In this document: piece after piece, positions 10,646-19,324 of the stretch | How the letters are laid out: every line of letters begins with the position of its first letter | Position numbering within the stretch: the first letter of the stretch is position 1 | Source of the DNA: Candidatus Eiseniibacteriota bacterium | GTDB lineage: Bacteria > Chloroflexota > Dormibacteria > Dormibacterales > Dormibacteraceae | Length of the DNA: 37,239 bases | Assembly: GCA_035635595.1 (NCBI GenBank) | Contig: DASQAU010000009.1 | Span: forward strand, 1-37,239 | Reading direction: 5' to 3' | Notes under the pieces: generated by a model | What the model was told of the DNA's origin: nothing | What the model saw: the letters and a program-made list of their open reading frames with translations, nothing else | Databases searched by the model: none | Program-made: the position numbers and the translations under genes

Positions 10646-11781
10646 CGGGCAACTCGTTCAGGGGCCAGCACGTCAAGCACTCGATCGACCTCCTCATCCG
10701 TGTTGTAGAAATGCGGCGACAGCCGAACGAAATTCTGATGAATCCGCGCGATCACGTGCGCGGCGCTGAGGTCCCGCAGCACCGCCTGAGCCTTCGTCCC
10801 GGGCTTTCGAAACGACACGATTCCCGAGGACTCAGCACGCGTGCGCGGCCACGGCTCCACAACCTCGCAACCACTTCCGGCCAGCCCGTCGGCAAGCCGC
10901 GCGGCCAGGCCGAGCACCCGTGCCTCGATGACATCCGGGCCAACTTCCAGCAACAGCTCGAGGGCGGCGCCGAAGGCGGCGGTGGTGAGCACCGACACGA
11001 CCGATTCCTCAAAGCGCCGCGCGCCTCCGGCGAGCGTGAAGTCATAGGTGAAGTAGTCGTGTCCGGCCACCGACCTCGCGCCCACGATCACGGGCCGGAC
11101 GCGTTCGAGGAGTGCGGGCGTGCAGAAGAGAAAGCCGATCCCGGATGGCCCGATCAGCCACTTGCCGGCGCCCGCGGCGCAGAAATCGATCGGCAGCCGC
11201 CCAACGTCCACGCGCAGTGCGCCCACGCTCTGCATGACGTCCACGGCAAAGACGATGTCGCGGCGGCGGCACTCGGCGCCTATGGTCTCCAGGTCCACTC
11301 GATACCCATTCCAGAACTCGACGTGTGACAGCGCCACCACCTTTGTGCGGGCGTCGACGAGAGCGAGAACATTCTCGGGCGTGATGCGGCCGTCGACCGG
11401 CTTTGCCTGCCGGTACTCGACCTGGCGCGTCGCCAGCGCCATCCATGGATAAACGTTGGCGGGGTATTCGCCCACGGCCCCGACGACGTTGTCACCTGCC
11501 TTCCAGTCCAGCCCTTGGGCCAGCAGCGAAACGCCGTGGGCGGTGCTGCGCGTGAGCGCGATCGAGTCGGCGGATGCGTTGATGAGCCTTGCTATCAGCT
11601 CGCGCACGCGGTCGGCTTCGTCCTGAGCCCATCCTTCTCGATACGGCCGGTTCATCGAAACATCCACGACCTGCTCGATCGCCGCGCGTGCGCGCTGCGA
11701 CATCGGAGAGACGCCTGCGTGGTTCATGTGGATGTAGTGCTCGACCAGAGGGAATAGGTTTCGAGCTTCGAGTGGATCCAT
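10642..11781 (-). CDS. class V aminotransferase / cysteine desulfurase-like PLP enzyme
   Basis: IHMNHAGVSP near the N-terminus, SHVEFWNGYRVDL, and a PLP-lysine region AAGAGKWLIGPSGIGFLF. It overlaps the downstream OMT by 4 nt. Confidence 0.8.
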   Translation of the reverse strand: MDPLEARNLFPLVEHYIHMNHAGVSPMSQRARAAIEQVVDVSMNRPYREGWAQDEADRVRELIARLINASADSIALTRSTAHGVSLLAQGLDWKAGDNVVGAVGEYPANVYPWMALATRQVEYRQAKPVDGRITPENVLALVDARTKVVALSHVEFWNGYRVDLETIGAECRRRDIVFAVDVMQSVGALRVDVGRLPIDFCAAGAGKWLIGPSGIGFLFCTPALLERVRPVIVGARSVAGHDYFTYDFTLAGGARRFEESVVSVLTTAAFGAALELLLEVGPDVIEARVLGLAARLADGLAGSGCEVVEPWPRTRAESSGIVSFRKPGTKAQAVLRDLSAAHVIARIHQNFVRLSPHFYNTDEEVDRVLDVLAPERVAR

Positions 11782-11784
11782 GCG

Positions 11785-12228
11785 CTAATCCTTGCTCAGG
11801 TTGTCCAGCAGAGGCTGAAGGGTAACTATGTAGTCGGCCATGCGGACGGCGGCGCTGTCAAGGACTCCTTCGTCCAGCTGCTGAGCCGGCAGCGTCTCGT
11901 ACAGGCGCGACCAGCCGCGGTCCCACGGTTCCAGCTCAGCTCGTGGCAGCTGCGCCTTGACCTCGAGCATGTGCCCGCGGAAGAAATCGAACGCCTCCTG
12001 GTTCTCCAGGGCCGAGCCTTCGAAGTGGAGGCCGATCTCGAGCCGGCCAATTCCGGTGTGGTGCCAAACCTCGTAGTGGAACTCGGGGCGACCGTAGTGC
12101 AGCTTCATCAGGCGGCCGCGCCCACGGGCGCTGCTGAACGAGCGCAGCGGCGCGGGCAGTCTTGCCTTCAACCCTTTGCGCAGCCCGCTGAAGAAGTCAC
12201 CCGGCGCGAGCACGGTCCCGCTGGCCAA
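11785..12228 (-). CDS. hypothetical protein
   Basis: 147-aa ORF (TTG start) with balanced composition ([28 protein letters not shown]...). It sits 3 nt upstream of the aminotransferase gene on the same strand. No family recognised; the start could be internal (MKLHYG). Confidence 0.5.
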   Translation of the reverse strand: MASGTVLAPGDFFSGLRKGLKARLPAPLRSFSSARGRGRLMKLHYGRPEFHYEVWHHTGIGRLEIGLHFEGSALENQEAFDFFRGHMLEVKAQLPRAELEPWDRGWSRLYETLPAQQLDEGVLDSAAVRMADYIVTLQPLLDNLSKD

Positions 12229-12251
12229 CTCGCCGAATATATCTCGTAATC

Positions 12252-12884
12252 TTGCGTGCAGTGGGCTACGTACCGACTGTCACCGAGAACGAAGGCGGCA
12301 ACCGCGAGCGAACTTTCGACATCTACTCGCGGCTGCTCAAGGACCGCATCATCCTGATCGGCCGGCCGATCGACGACGTCGTCGCGAACCTGGTCGTCGC
12401 CCAGCTCATGTACCTGGCGGCCGACGACCCGGAAAAGGAGATCCAGATCTACGTCAACTCGCCAGGGGGGTCGGTCAGCGCCGGCTTTGCGATCTACGAC
12501 ACGATGCAGTACGTCCAGGCGCCGATCTCCACTGTGTGCATCGGCCGGGCGGCGAGCTTCGGGACCGTGGTCCTGATGGCCGGAAAGAAGGGCCGTCGCT
12601 TCTCGCTCCCCAGCTCGAACATTCACATGCACCAGCCGCTGATCGGCGGCCGCGGCCTGCAGGGCCAGGCGAGCGACCTCGACATCCACGCTAAAGAGAT
12701 CATCCGCATCAAGTCCGTGCTGAACGAGCTGATCGCCAAGCACACCGGGCAGCCGTTGGAGCGAGTCGAGCGCGACACCGACAGGGACTACTTCCTGACA
12801 CCGCAGGAAGCCGTCGACTATGGGCTGATCGACGGGATCATCCAGCAGACACCGGCGCCGGTCCTCGCCGCGTCGCGGCGATAA
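12252..12884 (+). CDS. clpP: ATP-dependent Clp protease proteolytic subunit
   Basis: [50 protein letters not shown] (catalytic Ser), IHMHQP (His), [11 protein letters not shown] (Asp). TTG start at 12252; an alternative GTG 12261 lies 8 nt after a TAATCT box. Confidence 0.9.
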   Translation: MRAVGYVPTVTENEGGNRERTFDIYSRLLKDRIILIGRPIDDVVANLVVAQLMYLAADDPEKEIQIYVNSPGGSVSAGFAIYDTMQYVQAPISTVCIGRAASFGTVVLMAGKKGRRFSLPSSNIHMHQPLIGGRGLQGQASDLDIHAKEIIRIKSVLNELIAKHTGQPLERVERDTDRDYFLTPQEAVDYGLIDGIIQQTPAPVLAASRR

Positions 12885-13956
12885 CTCCTCCCGCTCTCAA
12901 GCACACCCAGCCGATCACGATCACGCCGGCCACTGCCGGCACAGGGGCCGGCAGAAACGCCGCGATCGCCGCGCCAACTGAGAGCAGCAGCCAGTCGTAC
13001 CACTCGGCCTCCCCCCAGACGGCGAGCGCGACCGCGACGAGCACCAGGTCTGTGGGCAAAGCATGGGGCGCGGCCAGCACGCCTCCGGCGACCAGGACCG
13101 CGGCTGTGGACCGTAAATTCTCCCGCCGGCGCCGGGCCAGCAGGACCACCGCTGCGATTGTGATCACGGTCAGGCCGGCGACGGCGAATCCCTGGCCTCC
13201 GGGTGGAAACAGCGTGCCGAAGTGGGCGAGATCGACCTCCCGGCTGCCCGGACGCACCGGGCCGTTCAGCGCCGGCAGCCACTGAAAAACCCACCGCGGG
13301 TTTAGCACCGCCGCCGCTGCCGCGAGCGCCACTCCGGCCGTCGCCCATCCGCCGAGCACGCGCCACTGCCGGCTCACGATCAGAGCCACGCCGAGCGGGA
13401 GCATTAGCTGGGGCTTGAGCAGGGTCAGCCCGAGGCACAGTCCAGCGAGATACTTTCTCGACCACAGCGAGATTGCGGCGCCGATCCCCAGCGCGACCAT
13501 GCCGTCGAGCTGCGCGTTCAGCAGGAGCAAGGCGGTCGGCACCGAGGCGAATGCCGGCAGGATCGCCGCTGGAGCGCGCGGCCGCACCGCAAGGTAAAGG
13601 CCGAAAGCCAGGCAGGCAAGGCCGAACAGGATCCAGAGCCGCCCGCCGAGGTTGGTTCCGAGCAGCTCAAATGGGACCGCGAAGAAGGCCACCCAGGCGG
13701 GAGCGACAAACGGCAGGATCCCGTTGATGCCGAGCGTGATCAGGGTGCGGCCGCCGGTGACTTCGAGCTCGACGCGACGCTGAACGTCGAAGTCGTAGAG
13801 GTGACCCGGATCGCTGACCATGATCCGGGCGCCGGTCGCAAAAGCCGGCCAGTCAGAGTTGATGACGTCGTTGCCGCTCTCGATCAGGGGGTAGATGACG
13901 AAACCGACCGCGACCGCCAGCAGGGCGACCGATCCACGCCAGCGCCAGTGGCTCAA
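12838..13956 (-). CDS. polytopic membrane protein, GT-C glycosyltransferase-like (GT87/DUF2029-like), second copy of this type in the window
   Basis: 372 aa with many TM segments and [11 protein letters not shown]...[13 protein letters not shown], analogous to the segment in 1931..3193. The TTG start overlaps the antiporter stop (TTGA). Confidence 0.5.
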   Translation of the reverse strand: MSHWRWRGSVALLAVAVGFVIYPLIESGNDVINSDWPAFATGARIMVSDPGHLYDFDVQRRVELEVTGGRTLITLGINGILPFVAPAWVAFFAVPFELLGTNLGGRLWILFGLACLAFGLYLAVRPRAPAAILPAFASVPTALLLLNAQLDGMVALGIGAAISLWSRKYLAGLCLGLTLLKPQLMLPLGVALIVSRQWRVLGGWATAGVALAAAAAVLNPRWVFQWLPALNGPVRPGSREVDLAHFGTLFPPGGQGFAVAGLTVITIAAVVLLARRRRENLRSTAAVLVAGGVLAAPHALPTDLVLVAVALAVWGEAEWYDWLLLSVGAAIAAFLPAPVPAVAGVIVIGWVCLRAGGVIAATRRGPAPVSAG

Positions 13957-15143
13957 CTTGAAGACTCGATCTTGAGCCCTCGCATGACCGGTGCCATGAG
14001 GGCACCCTGCACCAGCAGCGACAGCAGCACCACCCCGTAGGCCACCACCGACACCCGGCTGTCAACGCCGTTGAGACCCGCGACCGAGAGCGCCAGCGCG
14101 ACTGACAGCGCGCCTCGTAGTCCGGCCCAGAACGTGACGTGCCTCCAACGCCAGGGGATGGACGGGCCGCGATATGCCGCGAGGGCCAAAAGCCCGTACA
14201 CCGGCGCCGCGCGAGTGACCAGCATGATCAGGAACGCGGCCAGCACGAGCCATGCCACAGGAAGCAGCGTCCAGGCCGGCAGGGCGGCGCCGACGATGAT
14301 GAAGAGCATCGCGTTGAGCACGAAAGCGAGCAGGCTCCAGAAGCCGAGCAGCTGAGTGCCGTGCAGCCGGCCGAGCTGCGCGCCGTAACGCGCGACGACG
14401 ATGCCGGCGACTACGACCGCGACGATTCCGGAGGCGTGGAGGAGGTCGGCGGCGAGGTAGCTGCCGTACGCGATGACGAGCGTGGCGAGGATCTCCAGGG
14501 GCGCATCCTCGGCGAACCGCAACAGGCCCAGGCCGAGGAACCCAATCGCGAGACCGATCGCGGTGCCGCCGAGGGTGATTTCGAGGAAGCGGATCGTGGC
14601 GTCGCCGAAAGACGGTGCGCCGCTCAATATGGTCGCGAGCACGGCTGAGAAAACCGCGACGCCGGTGCCGTCGTTGAACAAGCTCTCGCCCTCGAGGATC
14701 GCCGCGAGCCCCCCCGGCGCCTTCAGCCGGCGCAGCAGCGTGACGACCGCGATCGGATCGGTTGCCGCCAGGATCGCGCCGAGCAGAAACCCGCTCGCCC
14801 AGGTGAAGCCGAGGAGCAGGTGGGTCAAAGAGCCGATCAGCAAGACGGTCATGGCGACGCCGACAGTGGCCAGGAGCGAAACCGGGAGCATCCTTCGCCG
14901 CAGCTCGGCGAGGTCCAGCGTCAGGGCGGCCTCGAACACCAGGCCCGGGACGAAAGCCAGGAGGATGACGTTCCCGCCGAGGCGCGGGAACTGGCCCCCG
15001 GGCAGCAGCCCCACGGCGATGCCGGCGGCGGCGAGCACGACGGGGTAGGGCAGCAGGCGTGCCCGTCGCGACACCAGGCCCAGCACCGTGGCGAGGGCGC
15101 CGACGAGGATGAGCAGGAGGAGAAAACGCTGCTCGGCTGTCAC
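13953..15143 (-). CDS. Na+/H+ (cation:proton) antiporter, CPA1/NhaP-type membrane domain
   Basis: LGAILAATDPIAV and LEGESLFNDGTGVAVF are CPA1 hallmarks. About 11-12 TM segments, GTG start. Confidence 0.8.
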   Translation of the reverse strand: MTAEQRFLLLLILVGALATVLGLVSRRARLLPYPVVLAAAGIAVGLLPGGQFPRLGGNVILLAFVPGLVFEAALTLDLAELRRRMLPVSLLATVGVAMTVLLIGSLTHLLLGFTWASGFLLGAILAATDPIAVVTLLRRLKAPGGLAAILEGESLFNDGTGVAVFSAVLATILSGAPSFGDATIRFLEITLGGTAIGLAIGFLGLGLLRFAEDAPLEILATLVIAYGSYLAADLLHASGIVAVVVAGIVVARYGAQLGRLHGTQLLGFWSLLAFVLNAMLFIIVGAALPAWTLLPVAWLVLAAFLIMLVTRAAPVYGLLALAAYRGPSIPWRWRHVTFWAGLRGALSVALALSVAGLNGVDSRVSVVAYGVVLLSLLVQGALMAPVMRGLKIESSS

Positions 15144-15151
15144 TTAGGGGT

Positions 15152-15189
15152 CCCCGCGAACTCACGGCGCAGCCTCTGAGTTCGTGGGG
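15152..15189 (-). terminator. 13-bp stem-loop between the MBL gene stop and the antiporter start (possible U-tract-less terminator or attenuator)
   Basis: ccccgcgaactca (15152-15164) pairs with tgagttcgtgggg (15177-15189). One position is a G:U pair in the minus-strand transcript (an A/C mismatch on the plus strand). 12-nt loop, no U-run. Confidence 0.4.
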
Positions 15190-15197
15190 TTCTCATC

Positions 15198-15935
15198 TCA
15201 GAGCTCGATGCTCATTCCGTCGCGCGCTGCTTTGACCTCAGTCCCGATGCGCTGTGTGAGGTCGGCCGCGAGCTCCCAAGGATGTGCGCGCCAGACCGTC
15301 ATGCCGTAATGCGTGAGGATCGCAAGGCGGGGCTTGGCCTCGCGGATGATCCGTTCCGCATCCTCCAGGCAGAGGTGCGGCAGCTCGGCGCGGCACTGCA
15401 TGAGGACGACGTGGATCACCATCACGTCCGCCTTGTGCTGCTCCGCGATTCCGTCGTAGAAGGCGGAGTCGGTCACCCAGCCGAGTCGGTCGCCGAAACG
15501 AAAGCCGTAGGTCTCAACCTGGTGCACGTGACGCGGGCTTGTCGTGAAGGTGATGCCCTTCACCGTGTACGAGGTTTCAGGCTCGAGCCTGATCACCTCC
15601 TGCGGAAAGCGACGCAGGTAGTTCAGGACCACCGGGTCCTCGTCGAGGGCATCCGAGGGGCAGAACAGCCGGCCACGGTGCTGGAAGCCGCCCTCGGTCA
15701 TGGCCTCGACCATGACGTTGACATCGCCCGCATGGTCGAGATGCCGGTGGCTGACGACGATCGCATCGAGCTTGGTCAGGTCGACCCTACGCTTGGCGTA
15801 CTGCACGATCGCGCCGGGGCCAGGGTCAAGGCTGATGCGCGTGTCGCCCTCTTCCAAGTAGAGGCCGCCTGAGGCCGCGAGCTGCTTCGCGACCATGAAG
15901 CGGGCGCCGGCCGTGCCCATGAAAGTCAACTTCAC
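15198..15935 (-). CDS. MBL-fold metallo-hydrolase
   Basis: VVSHRHLDHAGD (HxHxDH) and an N-terminal MKLTFMGTAGA typical of the fold. The GTG start overlaps the ligase stop (GTGA). An alternative TTG at 15929 lies 5 nt after GGGGAAG. Confidence 0.75.
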   Translation of the reverse strand: MKLTFMGTAGARFMVAKQLAASGGLYLEEGDTRISLDPGPGAIVQYAKRRVDLTKLDAIVVSHRHLDHAGDVNVMVEAMTEGGFQHRGRLFCPSDALDEDPVVLNYLRRFPQEVIRLEPETSYTVKGITFTTSPRHVHQVETYGFRFGDRLGWVTDSAFYDGIAEQHKADVMVIHVVLMQCRAELPHLCLEDAERIIREAKPRLAILTHYGMTVWRAHPWELAADLTQRIGTEVKAARDGMSIEL

Positions 15936-17683
15936 TTCCCCACCGCGTGGGGAGGTCGGCCTTTCACCTCCCCACCGCGTGGGGAGGTCGGCCCGGCCCG
16001 CCGCGCGGGCCCGGCCGGGTGGGGGGATTCGACCTCAGCCACCTCGCTCAGAGCGGGCACTGTCTTCTCGCCGAAGTAGCGCTCGTACAGCTCCGTGACG
16101 CGCTCGACTGTGTCGATCTCGTCCACAGGCTTGTCGTCGCGGATCCGCACGATGCGTGGAAAACGCAGCGCGTACCCACTCTTGTGGCGAGAAGAATGCT
16201 GGATCGAGTCGAACGCGACCTCGAGGACGACCTCAGGTTTCACCAACCGCACGTGCCCGTGGTCCGCGATCGTGATGTCGAGAAAGCGCCTGGTCATTTC
16301 GGCGATCTCTGCGTCAGTCAGCCCTGTGTAGGCCTTGCCGACGTTGACGAGCCTCCCGGAGCTCGTGTCCTTGACCGCGAACGTGTAATCAGACAGCACT
16401 CCCTTGCGCTTGCCATGGCCCCACTCGACCGCCGTGACCACTACGTCGAGCGTCGCGAGCGGCCGCTTCAGCTTCAGCCACGCGAGCCCGCGGCGACCCG
16501 GGGTGTACGGGCTGAGCGGATCTTTCACCATCAGGCCCTCGTTGCCCCGCTCGCGCGTCTCCGCAAAGATCCGGTCGAGGTGGTCGGGCCCGGTGGCCGC
16601 TTCCACGCGTGCCAGAAGAAACGGGTGATGTAGACCCAGGCCCTCCATCAGCCGGCGTCGCGTCTCGAGCGGCTCGTCCAGCAATGCCCGGCCGTCGAGC
16701 CACAGGAGGTCGAAGACCACCAGCACGACAGGCACCTCGTCGCGCAGCTCGGCAGAAACCTTCTTGCGTCCGAGCCGCCGCTGCAGCTCGAAAAACCTGA
16801 GCACCCGACCTTCGCGATGAGCAAGCACCTCACCGTCGAACAGCACGTCATGGCCGATCGACGCGGCATTTTCGGAAAGCTCGGGGAACGCGTCGGTCGT
16901 CTCCTTAAGGTCGCGCGAGAAGAGCTCCACACGCTCACCCTGCCGGTGAAGCTGGCACCGCACCCCGTCGTATTTCTCCTCGGTCCACACGCTCTCTGCG
17001 CCCATTCGCTCGAATGCCTCAACCGGAGTTTCCACTGGGCTTGCGAGCATGAAACGGACCGGCTGGAACAGCTCAATCGTCGTTGTGTCGAACTGCTTGT
17101 GCTTGCAGCGGACGGCGGTCTCACCGATGTCGCCGGTGATCAGGTGGACTCGCTTGACCTGGGTGATCGGGACGTCGAATGCCTCGGCGATCGCCGCCTC
17201 GACCAGGCCTTCGCTCAGGCCGATGCGGAGCTCACCCGAGATGATCTTGATGAAAAAGCGCGCCGCTTCCGAGTCGAGGCGTCGTAGAAGTTTCTCCAGG
17301 GGTGCCGCCTTCGCCGCCCCCCGTGCGGTGCGAATCGCCTCCAGCGTTTCCTCGATCTCCTGAAGGGTGACCGGCTCGGCGTGCGCGCGGCCCGCCAACG
17401 CTTCGCCCGCCCAGTCGCCGAGGTCAGAGTGCTTGCGGAAGATGCGGCCGAGCTCGTCCTCGTCGAGCCCCGAGATCGAAGATACGGCTTTGCTCACGGC
17501 CGCCCAACCGAGTCCAAGCGTCCGTCTCTTCGAAGGGCTGAACGTCCGCCCGCTCATGAAAACGGCAGCCCGGCGCAGGTCGTCATCGTCAAGCGTGCGG
17601 AGATACGCGGCCAGGATCCGTGTTTTCTCGAGCGTCGCAGACGTGGATCCGATCGATGAGCCGGCACGGGCGAAATCCTCCAT
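15932..17683 (-). CDS. ATP-dependent DNA ligase, three-domain Lig1/LigB type
   Basis: Motif I EEKYDGVRCQLH, FDGEVLA, EGLMVK, WLKLK, and motif VI LRFPRIVRIRDDK. The last approx 45 codons (..SPHPAGPARRAGPTSPRGGEVKGRPPHAVGK) are encoded by the palindromic repeats. Confidence 0.9.
   Translation of the reverse strand: MEDFARAGSSIGSTSATLEKTRILAAYLRTLDDDDLRRAAVFMSGRTFSPSKRRTLGLGWAAVSKAVSSISGLDEDELGRIFRKHSDLGDWAGEALAGRAHAEPVTLQEIEETLEAIRTARGAAKAAPLEKLLRRLDSEAARFFIKIISGELRIGLSEGLVEAAIAEAFDVPITQVKRVHLITGDIGETAVRCKHKQFDTTTIELFQPVRFMLASPVETPVEAFERMGAESVWTEEKYDGVRCQLHRQGERVELFSRDLKETTDAFPELSENAASIGHDVLFDGEVLAHREGRVLRFFELQRRLGRKKVSAELRDEVPVVLVVFDLLWLDGRALLDEPLETRRRLMEGLGLHHPFLLARVEAATGPDHLDRIFAETRERGNEGLMVKDPLSPYTPGRRGLAWLKLKRPLATLDVVVTAVEWGHGKRKGVLSDYTFAVKDTSSGRLVNVGKAYTGLTDAEIAEMTRRFLDITIADHGHVRLVKPEVVLEVAFDSIQHSSRHKSGYALRFPRIVRIRDDKPVDEIDTVERVTELYERYFGEKTVPALSEVAEVESPHPAGPARRAGPTSPRGGEVKGRPPHAVGK
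15935..15993. repeat. tandem doublet (32-nt period) of a REP-like palindrome C(T/C)TCCCCAC-CGC-GTGGGGAGG-TCGGCC
   Basis: Copy 1 stems are 15935-15943/15947-15955; copy 2 stems are 15967-15975/15979-15987. Each has a 9-bp stem and 3-nt loop and is followed by TCGGCC. A further GC-rich imperfect palindrome runs to about 16020. The doublet lies inside the 3' end of the ligase ORF. Confidence 0.85.
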
Positions 17684-17705
17684 GGGTGGCCTATCGTAGA
17701 TCGCG
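17684..17705. promoter_or_regulatory. 22-nt divergent intergenic region with a shared -10-like core (CTATCGTAG); putative bidirectional leaderless promoters
   Basis: TATCGT (17692-17697) lies 8 nt before ATG 17706. TACGAT (complement of 17693-17698) lies 9 nt before the ligase ATG 17683. Confidence 0.4.
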
Positions 17706-17918
17706 ATGCGGCGCTGCCCCTACCTCGAGGACTACCTGAAAGAACGCAAGTCGGTGCTGCGCATCTATCGATTCGACTGTCACGTCGACCGCCTGTCGAA
17801 GCGGAAATACGCGTTGAGCGACAGCCCACCGATCTGCGTCCGCAACTATGAAGACTGCCCGCTCTACCAGGCCGAGAAAAGGCGCGAGGACCAAACCATC
17901 ACTCGCTACACGGATTGA
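17706..17918 (+). CDS. hypothetical small Cys-containing protein (70 aa)
   Basis: ATG start, high third-position GC, four Cys (RCPYLEDY...FDCH...PICV...DCPLYQ). The stop overlaps the next start (TTGA). No family recognised. Confidence 0.5.
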   Translation: MRRCPYLEDYLKERKSVLRIYRFDCHVDRLSKRKYALSDSPPICVRNYEDCPLYQAEKRREDQTITRYTD

Positions 17919-18271
17919 ACTGCGCCGTCTGCTCGGCGCCTGCGCTGCCACTCGAGGGCGCCTGCGTCTTCTGCCACGCGCCGCTGAGCGGCGATGAGGA
18001 CACGTCCGAGCTGCTCGACTACCTGGTCGAGCGAATCCCGTTGGCAAAGGTGAAGCGCGGACACCTCAACCGTGGCCCGATCACAGAGCTGGTGCTCGAC
18101 GTCGCCGGCCGCAGCTTTCGCGCGCGCGTGCGAAATGACGAGCTGGACCTGGTGCCCCCGGTGCACCTGACCGCATGGGTTGACCTGCTGCTCACCAAGC
18201 TCAGCGACGTCGCGGCAGTGGATCCAGATCTACGCCGTGCGGTGCTCCGTTCCGGCTGGGCCCTGCGCTGA
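17915..18271 (+). CDS. hypothetical protein with an N-terminal zinc-ribbon (118 aa)
   Basis: CAVC-N10-CVFC within the first 20 residues, then a non-repetitive approx 95-aa domain. TTG start coupled to the upstream ORF. Confidence 0.5.
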   Translation: MNCAVCSAPALPLEGACVFCHAPLSGDEDTSELLDYLVERIPLAKVKRGHLNRGPITELVLDVAGRSFRARVRNDELDLVPPVHLTAWVDLLLTKLSDVAAVDPDLRRAVLRSGWALR

Positions 18272-18294
18272 GTCGGGTTTACTCCTGGGTGCGA

Positions 18295-18350
18295 TTTTCG
18301 CGCGGATAGTGCCAGTGGCGCCCTTCCAGCAGCCGCATTCCGCGCGGAAA
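18295..18350. repeat. bipartite palindrome element: TTTTCGCGCGGATA (18295-18308) and ATTCCGCGCGGAAA (18337-18350), 42 nt start-to-start
   Basis: Read directly from the sequence. It lies between convergent stops (18271 and 18356). The same architecture and phasing recur at 29549..29604. Confidence 0.75.
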
Positions 18351-18355
18351 CTGAG

Positions 18356-19324
18356 CTACAGCGCCAGCGCCAGCTGTTCGGTCGCTTCGAGGGCCGACGC
18401 CCGGATGCCTTTCTTGCGCAGGTGGCGCGCGAAGTCCGCTGTGTAGCCGTGCACCGTGTAGACCTGATCCGCGCCTGACATCTCGACCACTTCCATGAGC
18501 TCGTCGAAGTCGCAGTGGTCGGAGAGGTCGAACGTGGCGTCGGCGCCGAACATGCGCGCGAACTCGGCGTCCTTGGCCCAACCGGAGATGAGCGCGGTCC
18601 TGTAGCGGCCGAGGCGCCGCACCTCGTCTTTGCCGGCCGGTGGCGCGATCACCACGCGTCCCGACTCGACCTCGCCATCGAGCTCGACCCAGTCTGGCAG
18701 CGGGCGGCCTGCGGTCGCGTACTCACGCGCGCATGGAGCGCATCGCTTCTCGAGGGCAAAGCTGAATCCGTACGGAGCCAGCGCCAGCATCACCTCTTCA
18801 GTCTTGCCGAGGGCGTGGCAGAGGAGCACGGGTGTGACGCGACTGTCGAGCGCGCGGCGGCACCACATCGCGATCGACTCGATGGTCGAGTCGGGGTCGC
18901 CGAACCGGAAGTGAGGCCGGCCGTAAGTGCTCTCGACGATCAGGACGTCGGCTTTCGGGATGAAAGTTGGCGGCTCACCGCCGGCCTGTCGCAGCTTCAG
19001 ATCTCCCGTGTAGAGGAGGGATGTGCCCTCGTGCTCGAAATGAAGCTGGGCTGAGCCCAGCATGTGTCCTGCCGGATGCAGCGTCACCGTCGCCTGTCCG
19101 CGTCGCATCGGCTCGCGGTAGCCGAGCATTCGCCAGCCCCTCGGACGGCGGGACTCTGGAATGAGAGCCAGCGTTTGTGGCGTGAGCAGCGCCTCCTTGT
19201 GCCGGCGCGCGTGATCGGTGTGCGCGTGCGAGATAAAGGCGAACGTCCTCACCACCAGCGGATCGAGCCAGAGCCTGTGGCCAGGAAGTGACACGCCGTG
19301 ATCCCAAACGACCTCACGGGTCAC
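18356..19324 (-). CDS. MBL/beta-CASP-type nuclease resembling the ligase-associated DNA damage response exonuclease
   Basis: FISHAHTDHARRH, HPAGHMLGSAQ, LIVESTYG, LISGWA, LSDHCDFDEL, VYTVHGY follow the order of motifs I recall for the DNA-ligase-associated MBL exonuclease family. Its GTG start overlaps the upstream YjeF_N gene stop. Confidence 0.7.
   Translation of the reverse strand: MTREVVWDHGVSLPGHRLWLDPLVVRTFAFISHAHTDHARRHKEALLTPQTLALIPESRRPRGWRMLGYREPMRRGQATVTLHPAGHMLGSAQLHFEHEGTSLLYTGDLKLRQAGGEPPTFIPKADVLIVESTYGRPHFRFGDPDSTIESIAMWCRRALDSRVTPVLLCHALGKTEEVMLALAPYGFSFALEKRCAPCAREYATAGRPLPDWVELDGEVESGRVVIAPPAGKDEVRRLGRYRTALISGWAKDAEFARMFGADATFDLSDHCDFDELMEVVEMSGADQVYTVHGYTADFARHLRKKGIRASALEATEQLALAL

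Noticed and set aside
15935-15993. Possible mini-CRISPR array (two palindromic repeats with a 32-nt period)
   Set aside because: There are only two units, the spacer between them is 5-11 nt rather than about 30 nt, no cas genes are present, and a third copy occurs singly elsewhere. It behaves like a REP element.
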